DNA from: Allosphingosinicella sp.
GTDB lineage: Bacteria; Pseudomonadota; Alphaproteobacteria; Sphingomonadales; Sphingomonadaceae
Direction of reading: 5' to 3'
Length of the DNA stretch: 64,000 nucleotides
NCBI GenBank assembly: GCA_036262495.1
Contig: DATAIU010000077.1
Coordinates: 1,108 to 65,107, forward strand
The stretch's first letter is position 1; the number at the start of each line of letters is the position of its first letter. The position numbers and the translations under genes were made by a program. Under the pieces are notes generated by a model. It worked only from the letters and a program-made list of their open reading frames with translations. It searched no databases and was not told where the DNA came from. Shown here in pieces: positions 31,230-39,692 of this stretch.

Positions 31230-32089
31230 GGCTCGCCACCCTCGTCGCCGAGCCGTGGGCCGATTACGGCCTCGTCGACAGCGGCGGCGGCCGCAAGCTC
31301 GAGCGCTACGGGCCCTACCACTTCATTCGGCCTGAGGCGCAGGCCCTCTGGATGCCTGCCCGATCCGAATGGGAAGCGGACGGCGAGTTCGTCCCAGGGT
31401 CCGACGAGGACGGCGGAGGACGGTGGAGGTTCGACCGGCCGGTGCCGGCGGAGGGCTGGGAATTGGCGTGGGAGGAGCTGCGCTTCCGCGCCTTGGCGAC
31501 TCCGTTCCGCCATCTCGCCTTCTTCCCGGACATGGCGCCGCAATGGGCATGGATGCGCGAGCGCCTCGGCGGGGGAAGCGAGGGGTTGAACCTGTTCGGC
31601 TATACCGGCGTCGGAACCCTGGCGATGGCCGCCGCGGGCGCACGCATGACCCATGTCGATGCTTCGAAGAAGTCGGTCGAGGCGGCGAAGGAGAATGCGC
31701 GCCTGTCGGGCATGGACGACCGGCCGGTCCGATGGCTGGTGGACGATGCGGGCAAGTTCGTCGCGCGCGAGGTGCGGCGCGGGCGGCGTTACGACGGCAT
31801 CATCCTCGATCCACCCAAATACGGCCGCGGCCCGGCCGGCGAGATCTGGAAGCTGGAAGAGGGGCTTCCGGCCTTGGTCGCCGATTGCCGCCGCCTGCTC
31901 GACGCGGAGAGCCGCTTCCTCGTCCTCACCGTTTATGCCGTGAGGATGTCGGCGCTCGCGATCGGCGAGCTGCTTCGCCAGGCGCTCGGCGATCTCGGCG
32001 GCAGCGTCGAATGCGGCGACATGGCCGTCCACGAGGAAGCGCGCGGGCTTCTCCTCCCGACGGCGATCTTCGCCCGTTGGTCGCGCTAG
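31226..32089 (+). CDS. class I SAM-dependent methyltransferase (RlmI/RlmK-like)
   Basis: The GTG at 31226 overlaps the M16 peptidase stop. SAM motif I LNLFGYTGVGTLAMA plus VDASKKSVEAAKENA and the catalytic DPPKYGRGP. Confidence 0.75.
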   Translation: MRLATLVAEPWADYGLVDSGGGRKLERYGPYHFIRPEAQALWMPARSEWEADGEFVPGSDEDGGGRWRFDRPVPAEGWELAWEELRFRALATPFRHLAFFPDMAPQWAWMRERLGGGSEGLNLFGYTGVGTLAMAAAGARMTHVDASKKSVEAAKENARLSGMDDRPVRWLVDDAGKFVAREVRRGRRYDGIILDPPKYGRGPAGEIWKLEEGLPALVADCRRLLDAESRFLVLTVYAVRMSALAIGELLRQALGDLGGSVECGDMAVHEEARGLLLPTAIFARWSR

Positions 32090-32727
32090 TCGCGGGCAGC
32101 GCGGATCGCGGCGCCGGCGGCGAAGGGCGCAAGGGCGACAAGGATGAGGGAAGCGGCGGCGAGCAGCTTCAGCGCGCCGGCATTGCCGCCCGGGGCCACC
32201 ATTCCGGCGCCGAACACGATCAGCGGCACGGCCAGGGGCAGGAGCAGCAGCCCCGCCAGCGCCGCGGTCGCGCGCAGGCCGGACGTCAGGGCGGCGACGA
32301 TCAGGCCCAGGGCCGCGAGACCCGGCGTTCCCGCGAGGAGGCCGACCTCGAGGCGCCACAGCACGTCGGCCGGCAGCTTGAGGAGCGCGGCGCCCGGGAG
32401 CGCGGCCAGCATCAGCGGCGGCCCGAAGCTCAGCCAGTGGCCGATGAGCTTGGCGGCCGCCACCGTCTCCTCGCCGATGCCGCGGACGGTGAGCTGATCG
32501 ACGAAACCGGCCGCGCGGTCGGGCTCCACGAGGCGGTCGACCGGAAGCAAAGCGGCGAGCAGCGCGGCCATCCACAACGCGCCGCCGCCAGTGCGGGCAA
32601 GCAGGGGCGCGTCGGGTCCGACCGCGAACGGAAACAGGGTCGCGACGAGCAGGAAGAACGCAAGCGGAAGAAGCGCCGCGCCCCCCGTCCAGGCCAGGCG
32701 CAGCTCGCGAAGGACCAGTGCGCTCAC
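32086..32727 (-). CDS. ccmB: heme exporter protein CcmB
   Basis: The GTG at 32727 overlaps the ccmA stop. It is a polytopic membrane protein (LLPLAFFLLVATLFPFAVGPD...VDRLVEPD...G.VDQL) directly downstream of ccmA. Confidence 0.85.
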   Translation of the reverse strand: MSALVLRELRLAWTGGAALLPLAFFLLVATLFPFAVGPDAPLLARTGGGALWMAALLAALLPVDRLVEPDRAAGFVDQLTVRGIGEETVAAAKLIGHWLSFGPPLMLAALPGAALLKLPADVLWRLEVGLLAGTPGLAALGLIVAALTSGLRATAALAGLLLLPLAVPLIVFGAGMVAPGGNAGALKLLAAASLILVALAPFAAGAAIRAARD

Positions 32728-33293
32728 CCGAGCACGACTTCCGCCGCCGCGGCGAGCCCGAGCGGCTGATGGGATGCGGCGAGGATGGCGCCCCCTTCGG
32801 AAAGGTGACCCGCCATCAGCGCCGCGAGCTGTTCCCGCCCCTCCTCGTCCAGGCCGTTGGCGGGCTCGTCGAGGAGCCAGAGCGGAGCCCCGCTCGCGGC
32901 GACGCGCGCGAGCGCGGCGCGGCGGCGCTGGCCGGCCGAGAGCATGTGCACCCGAACCTGCCGCAGGGCGGAGAGGCCGAGGGCGGCGGTGGCCGTCCGG
33001 CCGGAGCTCCCGTCGAGCCGCGCCCAGAAAGCGAGGGCTTGTTCGAGGGTCAGGCGCGGATCGAGGGCGATATTGTCGTCGGCGAGCGCGGCCCGATCTC
33101 GCGTTACGGAGCCTGCGGCGGGCCGGAGCAGCCCGGCGGCGAGGCGGAGCAGGCTCGACTTGCCGACGCCGTTCGGACCGGTGACGACGGCGGCCGCTCC
33201 GGCTTCGATGCATAGATCGAGCCCCTCGAACAGCAGTCGCCCGCCGCGCAGACAGGCGACGCCCGCCATCCTGAGCCGCGGGCCTGCCGTCAC
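32724..33293 (-). CDS. ccmA: heme ABC exporter ATP-binding protein CcmA
   Basis: The GTG at 33293 overlaps the upstream stop (GTGA). Walker A GPNGVGKSS, signature LSAGQRRR and Walker B LWLLDEP. Confidence 0.85.
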   Translation of the reverse strand: MTAGPRLRMAGVACLRGGRLLFEGLDLCIEAGAAAVVTGPNGVGKSSLLRLAAGLLRPAAGSVTRDRAALADDNIALDPRLTLEQALAFWARLDGSSGRTATAALGLSALRQVRVHMLSAGQRRRAALARVAASGAPLWLLDEPANGLDEEGREQLAALMAGHLSEGGAILAASHQPLGLAAAAEVVLG

Positions 33294-33691
33294 CCGGCGG
33301 CATCCTCGATGGCGTGCATGTCCGCGTCGGAGAAGCCGAAATGGTGGCCGACCTCGTGGACGATGACGTGGGTAATCAGGGCGTCGAGGCTCACGCCCGT
33401 ATCGACCCACTCGTCGAGGAGGGGACGGCGGTAGAGATGGATCATCGCCGGCAGCTCGCCCGAGAGCAGCGACGATTGCTCGCCCATCGGTCGGCCCGTG
33501 TAGAGGCCGGTCAGATCGAACGGGTCTTCGATGCCGAGCTCGTCGAGCACAGCGTCTTCGGCGAAATCGTCGACCCGGAGTACCACGCCGCGGAGGTGGC
33601 GCCGGAACGTTTCCGGCATGCGCGCGATCGTCGCCTCGGCGAGGCGCTCTATCTCGGCCGCGGTCGGCGCCAGCATTTGACCCTCGCTCAT
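33290..33691 (-). CDS. metallopeptidase family protein (DUF1025/zincin-like, HEXXH)
   Basis: HVIVHEVGHHFGFSD motif. The start is uncertain (ATG at 33691 or 33676). The track start at 33730 would abut the divergent gene. Confidence 0.65.
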   Translation of the reverse strand: MSEGQMLAPTAAEIERLAEATIARMPETFRRHLRGVVLRVDDFAEDAVLDELGIEDPFDLTGLYTGRPMGEQSSLLSGELPAMIHLYRRPLLDEWVDTGVSLDALITHVIVHEVGHHFGFSDADMHAIEDAAG

Positions 33692-33729
33692 CGCCCGTCG
33701 CACATAGAGGGCGAAGGAGGGTCGAGACA

Positions 33730-34020
33730 ATGACGGACGGGGAAAGGGAGGAAGCGCTCGAGCGGCTGGCCGGCTGGCGCTACGACGCGGAGGCCCCGGC
33801 GCTCCGCCGCGGCTTCCGCTTCGCCGATTTCGGCGAGGCCTTCGCCTTCATGACCCGCGTCGCCCTGCTTGCGGAGAAGGCAGACCACCATCCCGACTGG
33901 TCGAACTGCTGGAACCGCGTCGACATCGCTCTTTCGACGCACAGCGAAAAGGCGGTCACCGAGGAGGATTTCGCGCTCGCCCGGGCGATTGACGCGCTTG
34001 CCGACGGCGGCTTGCCCTGA
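33730..34020 (+). CDS. 4a-hydroxytetrahydrobiopterin dehydratase (PCD/DCoH-like)
   Basis: F.DF..AF.FM..VAL.AEK..HHPDW.N.WNRV.I.L.TH signature (ADFGEAFAFMTRVALLAEKADHHPDWSNCWNRVDIALSTH). Confidence 0.85.
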   Translation: MTDGEREEALERLAGWRYDAEAPALRRGFRFADFGEAFAFMTRVALLAEKADHHPDWSNCWNRVDIALSTHSEKAVTEEDFALARAIDALADGGLP

Positions 34021-34060
34021 ACCGGCCGCGCCTCTAGAGGGGCGCGCTTCCAGAGCATGC

Positions 34061-34151
34061 GGAGCGGTGGCCGAGTGGTCGAAGGCGCTCGCCTGGAAAG
34101 TGAGTATACGGCAAAACCGTATCGAGGGTTCGAATCCCTCCCGCTCCGCCA
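34061..34151 (+). tRNA. tRNA-Ser (anticodon GGA), CCA encoded
   Basis: Manual cloverleaf. Acceptor stem is GGAGCGG/CCGCTCC. The anticodon stem CTCGC/GTGAG carries loop CTGGAAA (GGA). There is a long variable arm (TATACGG CAAAA CCGTAT), T arm GAGGG TTCGAAT CCCTC, discriminator G and CCA. Confidence 0.9.
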
Positions 34152-34403
34152 CGGACGTCCCAGCCATAAAAAATCGGAAAAACCGGGATTAAAGCCGGGT
34201 CCGCCGTCGTTTGAAGGGAGTCACCCGCCGGGCGATCCCTCTTGTCGCGTATCGAGGGCGGGGCCGGGAGGCCGACCGACGGCGTCCCGGCCCCTTCGGC
34301 CTCCCGGTCGGAACGTCGCTGAAACGAACAGGCTAAACTTTTCTCGCGCAAGGATTAAACGGGGCGGGCGAATCGTTGTTACCCCAGGTCTGGAGACCGC
34401 GCC

Positions 34404-34892
34404 TTGGAGGCATTCGAGCGCGAGTTGCTGACGCTGCTGCCAAGGCTGCGCCGCTTCGCCCGCTCGCTGGCACGGGACGCGGCCGACGCGGACGACCTGA
34501 CCCAGCTGGCGCTGGAGCGCGCCCTCAAGGCGCGCGCCCAGTGGCAGAAGGGCACGAGAATGGATTCGTGGATGATGAAGATCATGCGCAATTGCTGGAT
34601 CGACGAGGTGCGCAGCCGCGCTCGCCGCGCGGCGGCTCTCGGCTCGGAGGACGTTCGCGCGGTCATGCCGGCCGCGACGGCGAGCGAAGCCGAGCGCGCC
34701 GCCGACGCCGATGCCATCGACCGCGCGATGAATGCCCTTCCTGTCGAGCAGCGCGAGGCAGTGGCCCTCGTCCTGGTCGAGGGGCTTAGTTACCGCGAGG
34801 CGGCGGAGATGCTCGACGTTCCGGTCGGCACCTTGACCTCGCGCCTCACTCGCGGGCGCCAGGCGCTCGCCCGCACGCTGGAGGCGGCATGA
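34404..34892 (+). CDS. ECF (sigma-70 family group 4) RNA polymerase sigma factor
   Basis: Region 2 is DADDLTQLALERAL...SWMMKIMRNCWIDEVR. Region 4 HTH is LPVEQREAVALVLVEGLSYREAAEMLDVPVGTLTSRLTRGRQAL. The TTG start at 34404 is uncertain. Confidence 0.85.
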   Translation: MEAFERELLTLLPRLRRFARSLARDAADADDLTQLALERALKARAQWQKGTRMDSWMMKIMRNCWIDEVRSRARRAAALGSEDVRAVMPAATASEAERAADADAIDRAMNALPVEQREAVALVLVEGLSYREAAEMLDVPVGTLTSRLTRGRQALARTLEAA

Positions 34893-35584
34893 TGAGTATC
34901 CGCGAAGAGCAATTGATGGCCCATCTCGACGGCGAGCTGTCGGTCCTGGAGGAAGACAGGGTGGCGCGCGCCTTGGCCGAGGACGAGGCGCTGCGCGCCG
35001 AGGCCGAGGCCCAGCGGCGGCTGAAGGAGAAGCTGGCGCGGCGCTACGACGCGATCGTCGAGGAGCCTGTGCCCGATCGCCTGCGCGCCATGCTCGAGAC
35101 CAACGTCGTGCCTCTTTCCGGGCCCCGCCGCTCGCCGCACCGGCCCGGCTGGCCGGCGGCCGCCGCGATCGCCGCGAGCCTCGCGCTCGCGGTCGTCGCC
35201 TTGAACCTGTTCTCCACGCGCAGCGATGCGCCGGACGCGAGGGAGCCGGTGGCGGGGGGGATCCTGGCTGCGGCGCTGGATACCCAGCTTGCCTCGACCC
35301 AGACCGGCGATGCTCCGATCCTGATCGGCATCAGCTTCGCGGCGCGCGACGGGAGACTCTGCCGCACCTTCGAGGCCGATGCGACGGCGGGCCTCGCCTG
35401 CCGCGGCGGCAGCGGATGGCAAGTCGTCGCCTCGGCGCGCTCGGCCCCGAGGGGCGGCGAATATCGCCAGGCCGGCAGCGGCTCCGCCTCGGTGATGGAG
35501 GCGGCGGAGAAGATGATGGTCGGGGGGCCGTTCGAGGCTAAGGCGGAACGCGCGGCCCGGGATAAGGGTTGGAGCGGCCGTTGA
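34889..35584 (+). CDS. anti-sigma factor (single-pass membrane protein)
   Basis: The ATG overlaps the sigma stop (ATGA). An N-terminal anti-sigma-like helix region (LMAHLDGELSVLEE) is followed by one TM helix (WPAAAAIAASLALAVVALNLF) and a periplasmic C-terminal domain. Confidence 0.65.
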   Translation: MMSIREEQLMAHLDGELSVLEEDRVARALAEDEALRAEAEAQRRLKEKLARRYDAIVEEPVPDRLRAMLETNVVPLSGPRRSPHRPGWPAAAAIAASLALAVVALNLFSTRSDAPDAREPVAGGILAAALDTQLASTQTGDAPILIGISFAARDGRLCRTFEADATAGLACRGGSGWQVVASARSAPRGGEYRQAGSGSASVMEAAEKMMVGGPFEAKAERAARDKGWSGR

Positions 35585-35600
35585 GACAGAGGACGGGCTG

Positions 35601-37400
35601 ATGGCGCTGCGGCATGTAGATCGCTGGTTGGGCGCCGCGGCGCTGTTGTCCCTGTCCTGCGCGGTATGGGGCCAGTCCCTTCCCCTGCCCGTGGACAAGG
35701 TCGAGCGCGCGGTCGCCGCGGCGCAGCGCGGTCAGCAGCAGGCGCAGAAGGCTGCCGAGAAAGCGGAAAAGGCCGTCGAGCGCGCCGAGGCGGTCAACCA
35801 GCGCGTCGACGCGGCGCAGGGCGCCGTGGAGCGCGCGGCCCAGCAGGCGAACGCGGCCGAGCGAGCCGCGGAAGCGGCGCAGCGCAAGGGCGGCATGGCG
35901 GACTCGGTCGCCGCCAGAGCCGACAGGACGGCGGCGGCCGCGCAGGAGCGGAGCGCGGTCGCGCAACAGCGCGGCAGCATGGCCGGCCAAGCCTCCGACC
36001 GCGGCGCCCAAGCCTCGTCGCGGGCCGGTACCACCCCGGAGCAGGCCCAGCGCGGCCAGGACCGTGCCGAGCTCGCCTCGAACGGCCGTGCCCATCCCGT
36101 CGAGAAAACGCCGCGAGGGCCGCAAGCCGAGGACGACAAGAAAAGGCGCGCGAAGAAGGGCCATGGCGACAATGGCGGCAATTCCGCCGCCGCGCCGCGC
36201 GGCCGAGGCAAGGAGCGTTCGCAGGCGGCCCAGGCGAAGCCTCCCCAAGGCCACCAGGCCGGGCGCCGCGGCGCGCAGGAGCGCAGCCCCGCCGCCGTCG
36301 CCGCGACCGAGCAGGCGCTCGCCGATTCTCAGGTCCAGCGATTCACCCAGATGCTGCGCCTCTATCCGCGCGACCTCGAGCCCACCCGCCTCGGCCCCGC
36401 CGTCCGCGCCCAGGTCGTCGGCATCGAGATTTCGCCAAGGGCGCTCGCCGCGGCGAAGAAAGCGGGCTTCAGCGTGGTGTCCCAGGAAACGGTGGAAGGC
36501 CTGGGCATGCACTTCGTAACCTTGCGCACGCCGCCCGGCATGTCGGTCGATGCGGCGATCGCAAGGCTGGCGAGGGTCGCGCCCGGCGCCGAGTTCGTCG
36601 CCAACCACATCCATATCCAGAGCGGCGTGTCGGGCCCGGCGCCCTCGAGCGCGACTCTCGCCCAAGGCGCCGTCCGCAGCGCTCAGCTCGGCATCATCGA
36701 CGGCGGCGTCGCGCGCCATCCGGCGGTGCGGGCCCCGGTCGAGCATCGCGGCTTCGCGTTCGGCGCGCCGGCGGTGAGCGGCCATGCCACAGCGGTCGCG
36801 TCGCTGGCGATCGGCGAGGGCCGGCTGCGCGGCGCCGCGCCGGGGTCGCCGATCCTCGTCGCGGACGTCTACGGCCGCGATCCGGCCGGCGGCAACGCCA
36901 TGGCGCTGGTGCGCGCGCTCGGCTGGATGGTCAGCCGCCATGTTCCCGTAGTCGCCATACCGCTCGCCGGCCCGCCCAATTCGCTCGTCGCCAAGGCGAT
37001 CCTGAAGGCGCGGCAGCAGGGTGTCTTCGTCGTCGCGCCCGTCGGCAATGGCGGCCCTGCCGCCCGCGCTTCCTACCCGGCGGCCTATCCGGGCGTGGTG
37101 GCCGTGACCGGCGTTGACGGCCGCAATCGAGTGCTGATCGAAGCCGGGCGCGGGCCGCGCATCGATTATGCCGCGCCGGCGGCCGACATGGTCGCCGCGA
37201 GCGCGTTCGGCGGCGTCACACCGGTGCGCGGCACTTCCTACGCGGTGCCGCTGGTGGCCGGGCGTCTCTCCGCGGCCGCGCGCGGCAACCCCCAGCCGCT
37301 TGCCGCGCTCGATCGGGAGGCCGTGGACCTCGGCCCGCGTGGACCGGACAGCGTCTACGGTCGGGGACTCGTCTGCGCGCGGTGCCGAATCCGCAAGTAA
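35601..37400 (+). CDS. secreted S8 (subtilisin-like) serine peptidase with long Ala/Gln/Arg-rich N-terminal region
   Basis: Signal peptide MALRHVDRWLGAAALLSLSCAVWG. The catalytic triad contexts are IGIIDGGV (Asp), SGHATAVASL (His) and GTSYAVPLVAG (Ser), with oxyanion Asn in VAPVGNGG. The first roughly 270 aa are low-complexity and helical-looking. Confidence 0.8.
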   Translation: MALRHVDRWLGAAALLSLSCAVWGQSLPLPVDKVERAVAAAQRGQQQAQKAAEKAEKAVERAEAVNQRVDAAQGAVERAAQQANAAERAAEAAQRKGGMADSVAARADRTAAAAQERSAVAQQRGSMAGQASDRGAQASSRAGTTPEQAQRGQDRAELASNGRAHPVEKTPRGPQAEDDKKRRAKKGHGDNGGNSAAAPRGRGKERSQAAQAKPPQGHQAGRRGAQERSPAAVAATEQALADSQVQRFTQMLRLYPRDLEPTRLGPAVRAQVVGIEISPRALAAAKKAGFSVVSQETVEGLGMHFVTLRTPPGMSVDAAIARLARVAPGAEFVANHIHIQSGVSGPAPSSATLAQGAVRSAQLGIIDGGVARHPAVRAPVEHRGFAFGAPAVSGHATAVASLAIGEGRLRGAAPGSPILVADVYGRDPAGGNAMALVRALGWMVSRHVPVVAIPLAGPPNSLVAKAILKARQQGVFVVAPVGNGGPAARASYPAAYPGVVAVTGVDGRNRVLIEAGRGPRIDYAAPAADMVAASAFGGVTPVRGTSYAVPLVAGRLSAAARGNPQPLAALDREAVDLGPRGPDSVYGRGLVCARCRIRK

Positions 37401-37486
37401 GGCGGCGTCTGTCAGGAAAGTTTCCTCCCACGGGATGAATCGGGGCACGTCTGCCGTTCTTACCGGTGGGGCCGGAAGGAGAGACG

Positions 37487-38230
37487 TTGCTCGATACCGC
37501 TTCACTCTACCTCGTCGATGCGGACAAGGCGTCGCGCGGTCTCATGTCGCGCTGGCTCGCCGAACGCGGCATCGAAGCCTGGCCGTTCGGGGGGGCGGCC
37601 GAGCTTTCGGACCTCGCCGGCCAGCTGCGGCCCTCGATCGTGCTTCTATCGTTCGACAGCCTCGTCGGGGACCCGTTGGCGTTGCTCGATCGCCTCACCG
37701 GGCGCAGCACCGACTGGCCCGTCATCGCCTATGGCGGCCACGCGGATGTCGCGACCGCCGTGGCGACGATGCGCCGCGGCGCTCTGGACTTCCTGGAAAT
37801 GCCGCTGGATCCGCATCTCTTCGACGCGGCCTTCATCGCGGCCCGCGACCGCCTCGACCGTTCCTTCGTCGACCGCCGCCTCACCGAGGCGGCGCGCGAA
37901 CGGGCCGCCCGGCTCACCGCCCGCGAGCGCGACGTCGCTTCCGCTCTCCTGAGGGGCGAAAGCAACAAGAACGTCGCCTATGCCCTGGGGATAAGCGTCC
38001 GCACCGTCGAGATGCATCGCGCCAATCTGATCGCCAAGCTCGAGGTCCGCAACATCGCCGAAGCGGCGGTTCTGCTCGCCCGCGCCGGCTTTGCGGGAGC
38101 GACGAAGGAACCGGGGTCGTCGCCGCGACCCGCCGGGGTGGTGTTACCCCTCTCCTTCAGGAGAACGACCGCGAGCGCCGTGGACGCACCCCGGTGGGCG
38201 ACCGCACGCAGCGTCCGGCGGACTCCTTGA
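37487..38230 (+). CDS. FixJ/LuxR-family response regulator with atypical receiver domain
   Basis: The TTG at 37487 is preceded by GGAAGGAGAG (track start 37466 is also possible). The receiver-like N-terminus is LYLVDAD...IVLLSFDS...GGHADVATAVATMRRGALDFLEMP. The LuxR HTH is LTARERDVASALLRGESNKNVAYALGISVRTVEMHRANLIAKL. Confidence 0.75.
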   Translation: MLDTASLYLVDADKASRGLMSRWLAERGIEAWPFGGAAELSDLAGQLRPSIVLLSFDSLVGDPLALLDRLTGRSTDWPVIAYGGHADVATAVATMRRGALDFLEMPLDPHLFDAAFIAARDRLDRSFVDRRLTEAARERAARLTARERDVASALLRGESNKNVAYALGISVRTVEMHRANLIAKLEVRNIAEAAVLLARAGFAGATKEPGSSPRPAGVVLPLSFRRTTASAVDAPRWATARSVRRTP

Positions 38231-38289
38231 TTGACCCCACGGAGTAGCGCACAACGAGCTCAGCTCCACAATCACACACGGAGGCTGAG

Positions 38290-38610
38290 GTGAAGGTACG
38301 AAAGCTCGTTGTGGCCGCCTTGCTGCTGAGCAGCGCCACCCCCGTCGTCGCCCGACCTGCCGCCGACGCTATCGCGCAGGCGCGTGCCGCCGCTGCGCGG
38401 GCTCAGGCTGCTGCCGCGCAGGCCCGAGCGAACGGGAATGACGCGAAGGCCGCGGCGGCCCTGGCGCGCGCACAGGACATTCGCGCTATCATAAAGGAAG
38501 AGATCCCGATCCTTCGAGACGCCAAAGGCGATCCGGCGACCGTGCGAGACGCCGTGAAGGACCTGCGCGACGCGATCCGGGCCTTGCCGAAGCCGGGCGG
38601 GGGCGGCTGA
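38290..38610 (+). CDS. small secreted Ala-rich hypothetical protein
   Basis: The GTG start is preceded by GGAGG. The signal peptide is VKVRKLVVAALLLSSATPVVA. The mature part is Ala/Arg/Gln-rich and helical (AQARAAAARAQAAAAQARANG). No family was recognised. Confidence 0.5.
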   Translation: MKVRKLVVAALLLSSATPVVARPAADAIAQARAAAARAQAAAAQARANGNDAKAAAALARAQDIRAIIKEEIPILRDAKGDPATVRDAVKDLRDAIRALPKPGGGG

Positions 38611-38648
38611 GCGCACGGCAGGCGCGCCGTCCGGGGCTCCCAAAAGCC

Positions 38649-39464
38649 TCAAAATACTTTGGCGGTTACGAGCAGGCCCACGCCATAATCCGGGGCGCCG
38701 TTGCTGAGGCCCGCGATGCCGTAGCCTGTCAATGTCAGGCGCTTCGATAGAGGGGCCGCCAGCGCCGCGAAGAGGCTATGGGAATCCTCGCTGAGGGCGC
38801 TCGTGGCGCTCGAATAATCGTACGAGGCGATGGCCGCGACCGATCCGAGAGTGAAGCCGCTGCCGATCGATGCGGACACCGTGTTCTTGAGATCGAATCC
38901 GGCGAGGTCGCCGGGAACCCGATAGCCAAGCGTGACGAAGGGGGTCGCCGTGCCGATCGTCCGCGATATGTCCACGCTCGCGCCAAAGTCGGTCTTGCCC
39001 GTGCTGAGGCCCTCCCGGTGCGACGCGGTGGGGAGCTTGACCCGACCGGTGAGGTCGATCTCGAAACCTGCCAGATTCTCCTTGGGGAGCGCGTAGGTCA
39101 CTGCCAGGCTCAGATCGCCCAGGCCCTCACGCACCGTGCGCGGCGCCGATCCGTTCGGATCGATGATGATCGGGCCCTGCTCGCCGCCGCCGACGATGTT
39201 CGCGGGGCTGTCGATGCGCAGATAGGGCAGGGTGGCGCTGAAGCGCAGCGATCCCGTCGAGCCGCGAAAGCTGAGCGGGGCGACGAGGATCTTGGTATCG
39301 GCCGGGCCGCCATAACTCCCGACGGAGAAATCGACGCCGCTGGTGATCGAAAAGCCGACCGACTTGTCGCGCCCCAGAGGTTTGTCGGCCTGCTGCGCCG
39401 TCGCCGCGGCGGGAACTGCCGACGCGGCGAGGGCGACAATGACGAGCTGGTCCCTGAACTTCAT
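38649..39464 (-). CDS. outer-membrane beta-barrel protein (transporter/MetA-like family)
   Basis: ATG at 39464. The signal peptide is MKFRDQLVIVALAASAVPAAATA. It shows alternating beta-strand patterns and a terminal aromatic residue (..LLVTAKVF). The upstream 400 aa of the track ORF is off-frame noise. Confidence 0.7.
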   Translation of the reverse strand: MKFRDQLVIVALAASAVPAAATAQQADKPLGRDKSVGFSITSGVDFSVGSYGGPADTKILVAPLSFRGSTGSLRFSATLPYLRIDSPANIVGGGEQGPIIIDPNGSAPRTVREGLGDLSLAVTYALPKENLAGFEIDLTGRVKLPTASHREGLSTGKTDFGASVDISRTIGTATPFVTLGYRVPGDLAGFDLKNTVSASIGSGFTLGSVAAIASYDYSSATSALSEDSHSLFAALAAPLSKRLTLTGYGIAGLSNGAPDYGVGLLVTAKVF

Positions 39465-39692
39465 ATGACACCCCCCAACGAAAACGCGCGCCGCCGTCCC
39501 CGGCGACCCTTCCGGAATATGCGAAGCGGCCCGCCGGGTCGAACCCAAATGTCTTCTCGTGCAAAACGACGGTCGAGGCGCCGCACTAAAGGTGGCTAAT
39601 CGATCGGAGCCGCGCAATATGGACGTCGCGGTGCCGTTCGTCCCTACCGCCCCACGACCCAGCGGAGTAGAGGAGCCGCGGGGAGGATTCCG

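Noticed and set aside
34300-34403. ECF-type autoregulated promoter (GGAAC...CGTT) upstream of the sigma gene
   Set aside because: GGAAC (34309) and CGTT (34372) strings are present, but the spacings do not fit the usual 16-17 nt between the -35 AAC and -10 CGT. No confident call is possible by eye.
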